Positions 56,045 to 64,000 of a DNA stretch of 64,000 bases are shown here, in pieces. The DNA is taken from the NCBI GenBank assembly GCA_963779425.1, contig CAVZYD010000006.1, positions 372,447 through 436,446 on the forward strand, written 5' to 3'. This stretch comes from an uncultured Acidimicrobiaceae bacterium. GTDB lineage: Bacteria > Actinomycetota > Acidimicrobiia > Acidimicrobiales > Bog-793. The number at the start of each line of letters is the position of its first letter. Position 1 is the first letter of the stretch. Under the pieces are notes generated by a model. It was not told where the DNA came from, searched no databases, and saw nothing but the letters and a program-made list of their open reading frames with translations. The position numbers and the translations under genes were made by a program.

Positions 56045-56881
56045 TTGTCGGTCATCGGCGTCGCCCCCTTCCTCATCTACATAGCGCTCTTTCTCGTCGT
56101 ACCTGCCGGTTCGGTGATGGTCGAGGCATTCCACGACAACAACGGCCACCTCTCGCTCTCCAACATCCGCACGCTCCTCGACTCGAGCCAGCCCTACCTG
56201 CACGACTACGCCACGAGCCTCGAGCTGGCGGCGGTCTCGGCTGCCGTCGCGGGCGTCATCGGCCTTCTCGGTGCTGTGGCGCTCGTCAGCTTCCCGAACC
56301 GTACGGTGCGCCAGCTCGTCTCGACCGCCTGCGGGGTGCTCGCCAACACCGGAGGCGTGCCGCTCGCCTTCGCCTTCATAGCCTCGGTCGGCAACAGCGG
56401 CGTCATCACCGACCTTTTGGCTCGGCTCGGGTTCAATCCCTACGACCACGGCTTCAACATCTCTTCTTTCTCCGGCCTCGTCATCGTCTATCTCTACTTC
56501 CTGCTCCCCCTCACCATCTTGCTGATGCTGCCGCCCGTCGAGGCGCTGCGACGGGAGTGGCGCGAGGCGGCCTCGACACTCGGGGCCGACGCCCGCACCT
56601 ACTGGCGCAAGGTCGGCCTCCCCGTCATCGCACCGCCATTTGTGGCGACGATGATGGTCCTGTTCATGGACGCCTTTGCCGCCTATGCCACAGCGGACGT
56701 GTTGACCACCGGTGTCGTCCCGCTCGTGCCGCTCACGATCGGGCAGTTCCTGGACGGCAACGCGGTGGCGAACCAGGTCCACCTCGGTGACGCCCTCGGC
56801 TTCGGGATGGTGGTCATCGTGGTCATCGCCGGGGCGTTCTATGTCGTCGTGCAGCGCCGCACATCACGGTGGTTGCGATGA
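56045..56881 (+). CDS. ABC transporter permease (PotB-like), operon B (true start may be further upstream)
   Basis: ANTGGVPLAFAF, EWREAASTLGA, FAAYATA. Confidence 0.88.
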   Translation: MSVIGVAPFLIYIALFLVVPAGSVMVEAFHDNNGHLSLSNIRTLLDSSQPYLHDYATSLELAAVSAAVAGVIGLLGAVALVSFPNRTVRQLVSTACGVLANTGGVPLAFAFIASVGNSGVITDLLARLGFNPYDHGFNISSFSGLVIVYLYFLLPLTILLMLPPVEALRREWREAASTLGADARTYWRKVGLPVIAPPFVATMMVLFMDAFAAYATADVLTTGVVPLVPLTIGQFLDGNAVANQVHLGDALGFGMVVIVVIAGAFYVVVQRRTSRWLR

Positions 56882-56921
56882 CAGGGCTCCCGCTGAGAGC
56901 GGCTGGAAGCAGGCCGCCGAC

Positions 56922-57776
56922 ATGATTCGCAACCGCACCTTCCGCTGGGTCACCCTCGGCCTCATCGGGCTCTACGTCCTCGTCCCCATGTACGCGACCG
57001 TGCAGTTCAGCCTGGAAGGCGGCTACCACGGCCACCTCTCGTTCGCCGCCTACTCCCAGGGGCTCTCACAGCCCGGTCTCGGATCGAGCATTGTCACCTC
57101 GATGGAGGTCTCCTTCGGCGCGATGGCGCTCACGCTCGTGCTGCTCGTGCCGACCATCATCTTCGTCAACCTGCGCCTGCCGCGCTGGCGGACCGTGCTC
57201 GAGGCGCTCTCGCTGCTACCGCTCGGCGTGCCGCCAATAGTTATCATCGTCGGGGTGCTCGGCGTCTACAACAGTCTGCCGAACTGGATCATCGTCTCGC
57301 CCGTGATACTGGTGCTGCTCTACGTGGTCCTGGCCCTGCCGTACTCGTACCGGGCCATAGACGCCGGCGTCCGCTCGATCGACCTGCACACCCTTGTCGA
57401 GGCGGGCCGTTCGATGGGGGCCGGCTGGGGCAAGCTGTTCTCACGGGTGCTGTTTCCCAACCTGCGGTCGGGCATCCTTGCCGCGTCGTTCCTCGTCGTG
57501 GCGCTGTCGCTCGGCGAGTACGCCGTCGCCAGCCTGCTGTTGCCCACCCAGCCGACCTTCCCCGTGTTCCTGGCCGCTGCCGAGACGAGCGGCGTTTACC
57601 TGTCCGTGGCGCTCTCGGTGATCGCCCTCGCCGTCACCTGGGGCCTGCTCGCAGCCATCTCCATCTTCGGTTCCGGGCGCCGGCGCAGTTCAGCCGCCGC
57701 GGCCGGCGCCGACGGGCCGGACCAACCGGTCGCCGAGGCCGCCGTTGCCTCGCCAGCCCCCCAGGTGCTTGCATGA
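56922..57776 (+). CDS. ABC transporter permease (PotC-like), operon B
   Basis: DAGVRSIDLHTLVEAGRSMGA, LGEYAVASLL. Confidence 0.88.
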   Translation: MIRNRTFRWVTLGLIGLYVLVPMYATVQFSLEGGYHGHLSFAAYSQGLSQPGLGSSIVTSMEVSFGAMALTLVLLVPTIIFVNLRLPRWRTVLEALSLLPLGVPPIVIIVGVLGVYNSLPNWIIVSPVILVLLYVVLALPYSYRAIDAGVRSIDLHTLVEAGRSMGAGWGKLFSRVLFPNLRSGILAASFLVVALSLGEYAVASLLLPTQPTFPVFLAAAETSGVYLSVALSVIALAVTWGLLAAISIFGSGRRRSSAAAAGADGPDQPVAEAAVASPAPQVLA

Positions 57777-57795
57777 CAATGTCTCAGGAGGTCCG

Positions 57796-58932
57796 ATGAG
57801 CGCGACAGAGGCCGGCACAACCGAGGTGAGCCGAGCCGTTTCGACGACTCAGCAGGTGCAGCGGCGCGCCGCAAGTGCCGGGCTCGAGCTCGTGCAATGC
57901 CGGCGCAGCTTCGACAAGGTGCATGCGCTCGACGGGTTCTCCATCTCGATCGCGCCCGGCGAGCTCGTGGCACTGCTCGGCCCGTCGGGGTGCGGCAAGA
58001 CGACTGCGTTGCGTGCGGTGGCCGGACTCGAGCAGCTCGACGAGGGCAAGGTGCTCGTCGGCGGAGAAAATGTCACGCGTCTCCCGGCGCACCGGCGCAA
58101 CCTCGGGATGGTCTTTCAGGCTTACAGCCTGTTCCCGAACATGAACGCGCTGGACAACGTTGCCTTCGGGCTCGAGGTCCGCAAGGTCAACGCCGCACAG
58201 CGCCGGGCACGTGCCGGGGAGCTGCTCGACCTCGTCGGGCTGACCGGACTGGCCCAGCGCTTTCCCCACGAGCTCTCGGGCGGCCAACAGCAACGCGTCG
58301 CCTTGGCACGCGCCCTATGCGCCGAGCCGCGCCTTTTGTTGCTCGACGAGCCGCTTTCCGCCCTCGACGCCAAAGTGCGCGCCCAGCTGCGCGACGAGAT
58401 CCGTCGCATCCAGCTCGAGTTGGGCATCACCACGTTGTTCGTCACCCACGACCAGGAGGAGGCACTGTCAATGTCGGACCGGGTCGGGGTGATGCGCAAA
58501 GGACGCCTCGAGCAGCTCGGCACGCCGGCAGAGGTCTATTCTCAACCCGCGACCGACTTTGTCGCGCAGTTCGTCGGGTCCGTGAGCCGCCTGCCGGGCG
58601 AGATTGTCGGCCCTGGCACCGTGAGCGTCCTAGGCATGCGCCTCGCCGTCCCGAACGTCGCCAGCGCAGAGCTCCCCTCGGGCAGTGCCGTTGACGTACT
58701 TGTTCGCCCGGAGAGCATCCGGATCCGGCCGTCGGTGGACGGCCCGGCGGTGGTCGTTCGCGCCTCGTTCTTCGGCGCGTCCGTGCGCGTGGTCGCCGTC
58801 CTCCCCGGCGGGGTCGAGGTGGCGTCGACGCTCTCGGCAGCCGAGAGCTACGCGCTCCCGGCTGGCGCCCGAGCGGACATCGAGCTACTCGATGACGTGC
58901 TGTTCGTCGTCGCGAGACAGCCGGAACTTTGA
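57796..58932 (+). CDS. ABC transporter ATP-binding protein (PotA/PhnT-like), operon B
   Basis: GPSGCGKTT, MVFQAYSLFPNM, LSGGQQQR, LLDEP. AGGAGG RBS. Confidence 0.92.
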   Translation: MSATEAGTTEVSRAVSTTQQVQRRAASAGLELVQCRRSFDKVHALDGFSISIAPGELVALLGPSGCGKTTALRAVAGLEQLDEGKVLVGGENVTRLPAHRRNLGMVFQAYSLFPNMNALDNVAFGLEVRKVNAAQRRARAGELLDLVGLTGLAQRFPHELSGGQQQRVALARALCAEPRLLLLDEPLSALDAKVRAQLRDEIRRIQLELGITTLFVTHDQEEALSMSDRVGVMRKGRLEQLGTPAEVYSQPATDFVAQFVGSVSRLPGEIVGPGTVSVLGMRLAVPNVASAELPSGSAVDVLVRPESIRIRPSVDGPAVVVRASFFGASVRVVAVLPGGVEVASTLSAAESYALPAGARADIELLDDVLFVVARQPEL

Positions 58933-59032
58933 GTGGCTGCGTTGTGGGGCGAACCGAAAAGGTACCTTTTCCCGCAAGATTGAGGCGCTATCGCCCCGTG
59001 TGGCGCTGTCCCAAGTTGAGTAGGTTGGCCTT

Positions 59033-60160
59033 ATGCCCGTGAAACCGCCGTATTTGCTGACACCCGGTCCGCTCACTACCTCCGACACCGTCAAACAGGC
59101 GATGCTGCGCGACTGGGGATCGCGCGACCGGGCCTTTATTGCCATGAACCGCGAGATGTGTGAGCGTCTCGTGGCCTTGGCCGGTGGCGAGCAGACCCAT
59201 GTCTGCGTCCCCCTCCAGGGCTCGGGCACCTTCACCGTTGAGGCGACGATCGGCACCCTGGTGCCCCGTGGCGGCAAGCTGCTCGTGCTTGTCAACGGCG
59301 CCTACGGCACGCGCATGGTCCAGATCGCCCGCGTGATGGGCCGGGCGGTGGAAACCCTCGAATGGCGCGAGGACGAGCGCGTCGACCCGCAGGCAGTGGA
59401 CGCCCGTTTGGGCGAGGACGCGAGCATCACCCACGTTGCGGTCGTGCACTGCGAGACCACCTCCGGCATCCTCAATCCGATCGAAGCGGTGGCCGATGTC
59501 GTCGCCGGGCGGGGGCGCCCTTTGATCATCGACGCCATGAGTGCCTTCGGTGCCCTCCCGCTCGACGCCCGCCAAGTTCCTTTTGCCGCCGTGGCCGCAT
59601 CGTCCAACAAGTGCCTGGAAGGTGTGCCGGGCATGGGCTTCGCCCTGATCCGTCGTGACCTGCTTGAGCAGGCCAAAGGCAACGCCCATTCCTTGAGCCT
59701 CGACCTTTATGCCCAATGGCAAGGTTTCGTCAACAACGGGCAGTGGCGGTTCACTCCACCGACCCACGTCGTCGCCGCCTTCATGCAGGCACTGGACGAG
59801 CACGCCGCTGAGGGCGGGGTGGCCGGCCGGGGGGCGCGTTATGCGAGGAACCACCAGGTGCTTGTAGACGGCATGGAGGCCATGGGCTTCCGTTGCCTGC
59901 TTTCGAGGGCGATTCAGGCACCGATCATCGTCACCTTCCACATGCCGGCCGACCCGAAGTTCGATTTTGCGGATTTCTACGAGCGCCTGAGCGAGAAGGG
60001 GTTCTTGATCTATCCCGGCAAGTTGACCGTGGCCGACTCGTTCCGCGTCGGCTGCATCGGTCGTCTCGGCGAGACAGAGATGCGGGCCGCGTTGCAGGCG
60101 ATAGAGGAGGCACTGGACGAGATGGGCGTGCACGACCGCGCCCCGGCGGGCGCGCCGTGA
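59033..60160 (+). CDS. phnW: 2-aminoethylphosphonate--pyruvate transaminase
   Basis: LLTPGPLTTS..VKQAMLRDWGS, VHCETTSGILNP, DAMSAFG, PLP Lys SSNKCLEGVPG, QWRFTPPTH, IYPGKLT. Confidence 0.95.
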   Translation: MPVKPPYLLTPGPLTTSDTVKQAMLRDWGSRDRAFIAMNREMCERLVALAGGEQTHVCVPLQGSGTFTVEATIGTLVPRGGKLLVLVNGAYGTRMVQIARVMGRAVETLEWREDERVDPQAVDARLGEDASITHVAVVHCETTSGILNPIEAVADVVAGRGRPLIIDAMSAFGALPLDARQVPFAAVAASSNKCLEGVPGMGFALIRRDLLEQAKGNAHSLSLDLYAQWQGFVNNGQWRFTPPTHVVAAFMQALDEHAAEGGVAGRGARYARNHQVLVDGMEAMGFRCLLSRAIQAPIIVTFHMPADPKFDFADFYERLSEKGFLIYPGKLTVADSFRVGCIGRLGETEMRAALQAIEEALDEMGVHDRAPAGAP

Positions 60161-60214
60161 CCGCGGCCCGTGTGGGTGGAGACCGCAAACTGTTCGAGAG
60201 GCAGGAGGCCTGAG

Positions 60215-61042
60215 ATGTCGCAGACTGTTCACCACTATGTCGGGCCGCTCAAAGCAGCGGTCCTCGACTGGGCCGGCACCACCGTCGACTACGGCTGCAT
60301 GGCCCCGGTCGCGACCTTCATGCAAGCCTTCGAGGAGACGGGAGTTCCCATCACCGTCGCCGAGGCCCGCGCCCCTATGGGCATGCCGAAATGGCAGCAC
60401 ATCCAGGCCATCACGCGCGACGAGGGGGTTAGCGCGCGATGGGAGGCGGTCCACGGCAAGTGCCCGGATAACTCCGACGTCGACACGCTCTACCAGCGCT
60501 TCTTGCCTTTGCAGGTCCAGACCGTCGAGCAGCATTCCGACGTGATCCCCGGGGTGCTCGAGGCAGTTGCAGCCTTGAGGGGGCGCGGGATGGCCATCGC
60601 CTCGACGACTGGCTACCCGCGAGAGGTGATGGACGTCGTCCTCCGAGTCGCCAAGGAGCAGGGCTACGAGCCCGACGTCACCGTCTGCGCGGGCGACACG
60701 CCGGCCGGCAGGCCGGGACCGTTCATGGCCCTGCAGGCGCTCATCAAGCTCTCCATCAGCCCTGTCGAGGCGGTCGTCAAGATCGGCGACACGGTGGTGG
60801 ACATCGAAGAAGGCCTGAACGGCGGCATGTGGTCGGTGGGGGTTGCCGTAACCGGCAACGAGGTCGGCTTGAGCGCCGCCGAGTACGCTGCCTTGCCGAC
60901 CGACAAACAGCGTCGCCTCGCTGCGGTGGCGTCCGAAAAGCTGGCTGCGGCCGGTGCGCATTACGTCGTGGACAGCCTCGCCGAGGTCATACCCGTTCTC
61001 GACCTGATCGAAGTCCGATTGGCCGCAGGCGAGAAGCCCTGA
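60215..61042 (+). CDS. phnX: Phosphonoacetaldehyde hydrolase (phosphonatase)
   Basis: DWAGTTVDYG, Schiff-base Lys in MGMPKWQHI, TTGY, GRPGP, KIGDT..DIEEGLNGGMW..GNE.GL. Confidence 0.95.
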   Translation: MSQTVHHYVGPLKAAVLDWAGTTVDYGCMAPVATFMQAFEETGVPITVAEARAPMGMPKWQHIQAITRDEGVSARWEAVHGKCPDNSDVDTLYQRFLPLQVQTVEQHSDVIPGVLEAVAALRGRGMAIASTTGYPREVMDVVLRVAKEQGYEPDVTVCAGDTPAGRPGPFMALQALIKLSISPVEAVVKIGDTVVDIEEGLNGGMWSVGVAVTGNEVGLSAAEYAALPTDKQRRLAAVASEKLAAAGAHYVVDSLAEVIPVLDLIEVRLAAGEKP

Positions 61043-61066
61043 CAGCCGGCGACTGAACCGATTCGC

Positions 61067-62434
61067 GTGGCTCTCCCCGACCAGCGCGAGGGAGATGTCA
61101 ACCTAAGCCCGAACCGCGCGAGGTGGCAAGAGCGCGCCTCGTGCGTGGCGACACGTGCCCTGTTGGCGCGCGACGAGGCCGTCTTCTTACGCCAGTCGCT
61201 GTCGACGCCATGTCTGAGCACGGTCGTAAGAGCCGAGGGCTCGTGGCTCGAGGACACCGACGGCCGGCGTTATCTCGACTTCCACGGCAATTCCGTGCAT
61301 CACATCGGCCATGGTCATCCCAAGGTCATCCAAGCCGTGCAGTCACAAATGGCCGAGCTTGCCTTCGCCCCGCGCCGGTTCACCTGCGAACCCGCCGTGA
61401 CGCTCGCGGAATCCCTCTGCGCGCTGGTCCCGGGTGGACCCTGGAAGGTGCTTTTCGCACCCGGTGGTTCCGAAGCGGTGGAGATAGCCCTCAAGATCGC
61501 CCGACTCTCCACGGGTCGGTTCAAGACTGTGAGCTTCTGGGACTCGTTTCATGGCGCCGGTTTCGCTGCCGCCTCGGTCGGGGGGGAGGCCTTGTTCCGA
61601 TCGGACGGGATTGGCCCACTACTGGCCGGCACAGAGCATGTGGCGCCGTTTTCCTGCTACCGCTGCCCGTACGGATTCGAGTCGCCTGGAGGGATTCCGG
61701 ACCTCGACCGGTGCCATATGACCTGTGCCCACATGGTCGAGTACGTCCTAGAGCGTGAACAAGACGTGGCGGCCGTCGTGGCCGAGCCCATCCGGGCCGT
61801 GCCCTACCTGCCGCCCCCGGGCTTTTGGCAGCGGGTGCGCCGGGCGTGCGAGCGGAGCGGGGCACTGCTCGTTTTCGACGAGATCCCGACGGGACTGGGA
61901 AAGACGGGGCGATTCTGTGCCCACGAACACGTAGGCGTCTCGCCCGACATCTTGGTGCTGGGAAAGGCCCTCGGCGGCGGGATGCTGCCTTTGGCGGCGG
62001 TGCTGGCACGTGCCGAGCTGGACGTGATGGCCGACAAGGCCATCGGCCATTACACCCACGAGAAGAACCCTGTGTTGGCTGCGGCCGCCCTCGCCACCTT
62101 GAGCGTGATCAAGGAGGAAGGCCTCGTGTCGAGGGCCGCGGAGCTGGGGGACTACCTCGTCAGAACCCTGCGGGAGAGGGTCGGGCACTTGCCCGTCGTC
62201 GGGGACGTCCGAGGGGCGGGCCTGCTCGTCGGAGTGGAACTGGTCACCGCCGACGGCTCGCCCGCCAGCGACGAGGCTGATCGGGTCCTCTACGTCGCAC
62301 TGGAGCGCGGCTTGTCCTTCAAGGCGACGATGGGGAGCGTGCTGACGCTTTCCCCGCCGCTGACGGTTAAGCGCGAGGAGCTGGAGCTTGCCGTGGACAT
62401 CCTCGCGGACTGCCTGGAGGAAGTGACGTGGTGA
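61067..62434 (+). CDS. pbfA: (R)-1-hydroxy-2-aminoethylphosphonate ammonia-lyase-like class III PLP enzyme
   Basis: EGDVNLSP, FLRQSLSTPCL, DFHGNSVH, SFWDSFHGA, LGKALGGG, GHYTHEKNP. Directly after phnWX. Confidence 0.78.
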   Translation: MALPDQREGDVNLSPNRARWQERASCVATRALLARDEAVFLRQSLSTPCLSTVVRAEGSWLEDTDGRRYLDFHGNSVHHIGHGHPKVIQAVQSQMAELAFAPRRFTCEPAVTLAESLCALVPGGPWKVLFAPGGSEAVEIALKIARLSTGRFKTVSFWDSFHGAGFAAASVGGEALFRSDGIGPLLAGTEHVAPFSCYRCPYGFESPGGIPDLDRCHMTCAHMVEYVLEREQDVAAVVAEPIRAVPYLPPPGFWQRVRRACERSGALLVFDEIPTGLGKTGRFCAHEHVGVSPDILVLGKALGGGMLPLAAVLARAELDVMADKAIGHYTHEKNPVLAAAALATLSVIKEEGLVSRAAELGDYLVRTLRERVGHLPVVGDVRGAGLLVGVELVTADGSPASDEADRVLYVALERGLSFKATMGSVLTLSPPLTVKREELELAVDILADCLEEVTW

Positions 62435-63550
62435 GCATGGCGCACCAGCGTGTCGTCGCGGTCGGAGGCGGCGTCCTCGGCACCATGCACGCCGTGTTCG
62501 CCGTCCGTCTCGGCGCTACCGTCGTCCACCTCGAGCGTCATGATCGGCCGAGGGGCGCCTCGGTGAGGAATTTCGGCCTGGTCTGGGTGAGCGGGCGCTC
62601 GCCCGGGCCGGAGCTCGCCCTCGCCTTGCGCGCCCGCGAGCTTTGGGAGCAGGTGGGCCACGACGTGCCCGCCACCGGCTTTCGCAAGAACGGGTCCGTG
62701 ACGGTCGTCTCGAGCGAGAGCGAGCTCAAGGTCCTCGAGGCGGCGGTGGCGCGCAATGACGCTGTCCGAGCGCGGGTTCTCCTTGCTGGACGCCGGGGAG
62801 GTGCGCGCCCTGAACCCCGGGTTGCAAGGAGAGTTCCTCGCAGGTCTCCACTGCTCGCTCGATGCCGCCGTAGAACCCCGTCTCGTCCTCGGCGCCTTGC
62901 GGGACTGGCTGGAGAAATCCGGCCGGTACGAATTCCTCGCACCACGTGAGGTCGTCGAGGTCGCAAGCCACGGGGTCACCGATGCGACAGGTGCCAGCTA
63001 TGAGGGCGATCTCGTGGTGCTCTGTCCCGGGGCGGCGAGCGGTGGTGTCATGGGTTCGCTCTTGGAGGGCGTCGGTCTGCAGGCGGTGCGGCTGCAGATG
63101 GCAGAGACCGAGCCTTTAGGACGCCAGCTCACGACCTCGGTCGCGGACGGGAACTCATTGCGTTACTACCCCGCCTTCAAGGAATTCTCCGCCTTGTTGC
63201 CGGCTCACCGGGACGAGGCGCTCTCGCGCTTTGGCATCCAGCTGCTCTGTCAGCAGCGCGTCGACGGCGCACTCACGCTCGGCGACACGCACGAGTACGA
63301 AGAGCCCTTCTCCTTCGAGCTGTCCGATGAGGCCACCGAGCTCGTCCGAGGCCTGGCGATCGGGGCCCTCGGAACCCCGTTCCCGCAGATCCGTCGTCGC
63401 TGGGTGGGTGTGTACCACCAGCTTGTGAACGTCTCTGACGACGAGTTGTACCTACGGCGGGAGGTGGCGCCGGGAGCAGTTGTCGTCACCGGAGTGGGCG
63501 GACGTGGCATGACGCTCTCGCCTGCCGTTGCAGAGGCGACCTTTTCCTGA
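62428..63550 (+). CDS. TIGR03364-type FAD-dependent oxidoreductase (phosphonate-associated), +1 frameshift near 62766
   Basis: VGGGVLGTMHA, GASVRNFGLVWVSGR, then in the next frame ERGFSLLD..DAAVEPR..LRYYP..LTLGDTHEY..RWVGVY..GGRGMTLSPA. Confidence 0.8.
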
Positions 63551-63592
63551 CACGGCGGTTCGCACCCGCCCGCCGGGCGAGGCGAGGAACTC

Positions 63593-63879
63593 TCAGAAGC
63601 GCTCGTCGAGGCGAACGACCACCGAGTCGCCTTCGTTCTTGCCGATGGCTTTGCGGATGTCGGACTTTATGGGCAACTTGTGGGTGCCGTCGCCCATCGC
63701 CATGAAATGCGAAACGGATGTCCGTCCACGGTGCCCCGGACCTTTACGAGGCCCCTCGTCCCGAAGAAGTGGGCCGAACCGGCCATGACGACGTACGTCC
63801 AGCCTCCTTTGTCAGGGCTCTTTTGCAGCTTGGCACGGAACTGCTTGCTGAGCTCCCCACTGGGCTGGGTGAGCGACAC
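63593..63879 (-). pseudogene. DUF1905 family protein, frameshifted near 63707 (1- or 4-nt deletion; real lesion or sequence error)
   Basis: KSPDKGGWTYVVM..FFGTRGLVKVRGTVDGHPFR, then in another frame FMAMGDGTHKLPIKSDIRKAIGK.EGD.V.VRL.ER. Confidence 0.72.
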
Positions 63880-64000
63880 CGCGACCAACCTCCTTCGCGC
63901 GACTTGCGTCTCCGCACGACATGACGGCCGACAAGCTCAGAAGTCATCGAGCTCGAAGCCAGTGGCCCGGCCGTCGCTGAGAGCCTTAGGTCGATATCGG

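Noticed and set aside
13504-57787. Identical 14-mer TGACAATGTCTCAG at 13504 and 57774 as a possible att site or target duplication
   Set aside because: A few 14-mer matches are expected by chance in 64 kb, no integrase is present, and the second copy lies inside an ABC operon.
50068-58932. Assembly artefact (inverted duplication) explaining the mirrored ABC operons
   Set aside because: The two copies differ extensively in protein sequence and signal peptides, so they are old paralogs.
1-64000. Many long alternative-frame and antisense ORFs (e.g. 2580-4304, 5640-7196, 54694-56076, 58988-60961)
   Set aside because: Shadow ORFs expected in high-GC DNA. They overlap well-supported genes and carry no recognisable motifs.
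1-64000. CRISPR array, tRNA/rRNA genes, prophage or anti-phage defence system
   Set aside because: I saw no repeat-spacer array, no cloverleaf (including after holB at 13389-13513), and no integrase, phage or recognisable defence genes. Manual reading could miss a short RNA.

Overview
GC-rich actinobacterial chromosomal window, most likely Acidimicrobiia or a relative. This is inferred from gene content, the Lys-rich TopA tail, the hppA-topA-tmk-holB order and many apparently leaderless genes. Left to right: (1) a K+/H+ homeostasis block (HAD-IB hydrolase, two TrkA/RCK genes, a KimA-like APC transporter fused to an OB-fold, a K+-independent H+-pyrophosphatase); (2) topA, aquaporin, tmk, holB; (3) accessory enzymes and an intact IS5-like element with 19-bp inverted repeats inserted in a stop codon; (4) c-di-GMP genes flanking a phosphonate monoester hydrolase-like sulfatase; (5) a MerR-TetR hybrid regulator ahead of a hopanoid operon (hpnC-hpnD-hpnE-polyprenyl synthase-shc-[hpnG-like::ispH]-hpnH-dxs); (6) a class III aminotransferase, an Fe3+ ABC transporter, a GH3 lipoprotein and a sensor-like domain fused to methylmalonyl-CoA decarboxylase; (7) two paralogous ABC importer operons in mirror orientation, followed by aminophosphonate catabolism genes (phnW, phnX, pbfA-like, TIGR03364-type oxidoreductase). 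Five or six genes, including essential holB, have small frameshifting indels that look like consensus errors. Best novelty candidates are the sensor::ScpB fusion, the MerR-TetR/hopanoid module, the twin-transporter phosphonate locus, the KimA::OB-fold fusion and a candidate ~110-nt sRNA. All family calls come from motif recognition by eye; no database searches were run.
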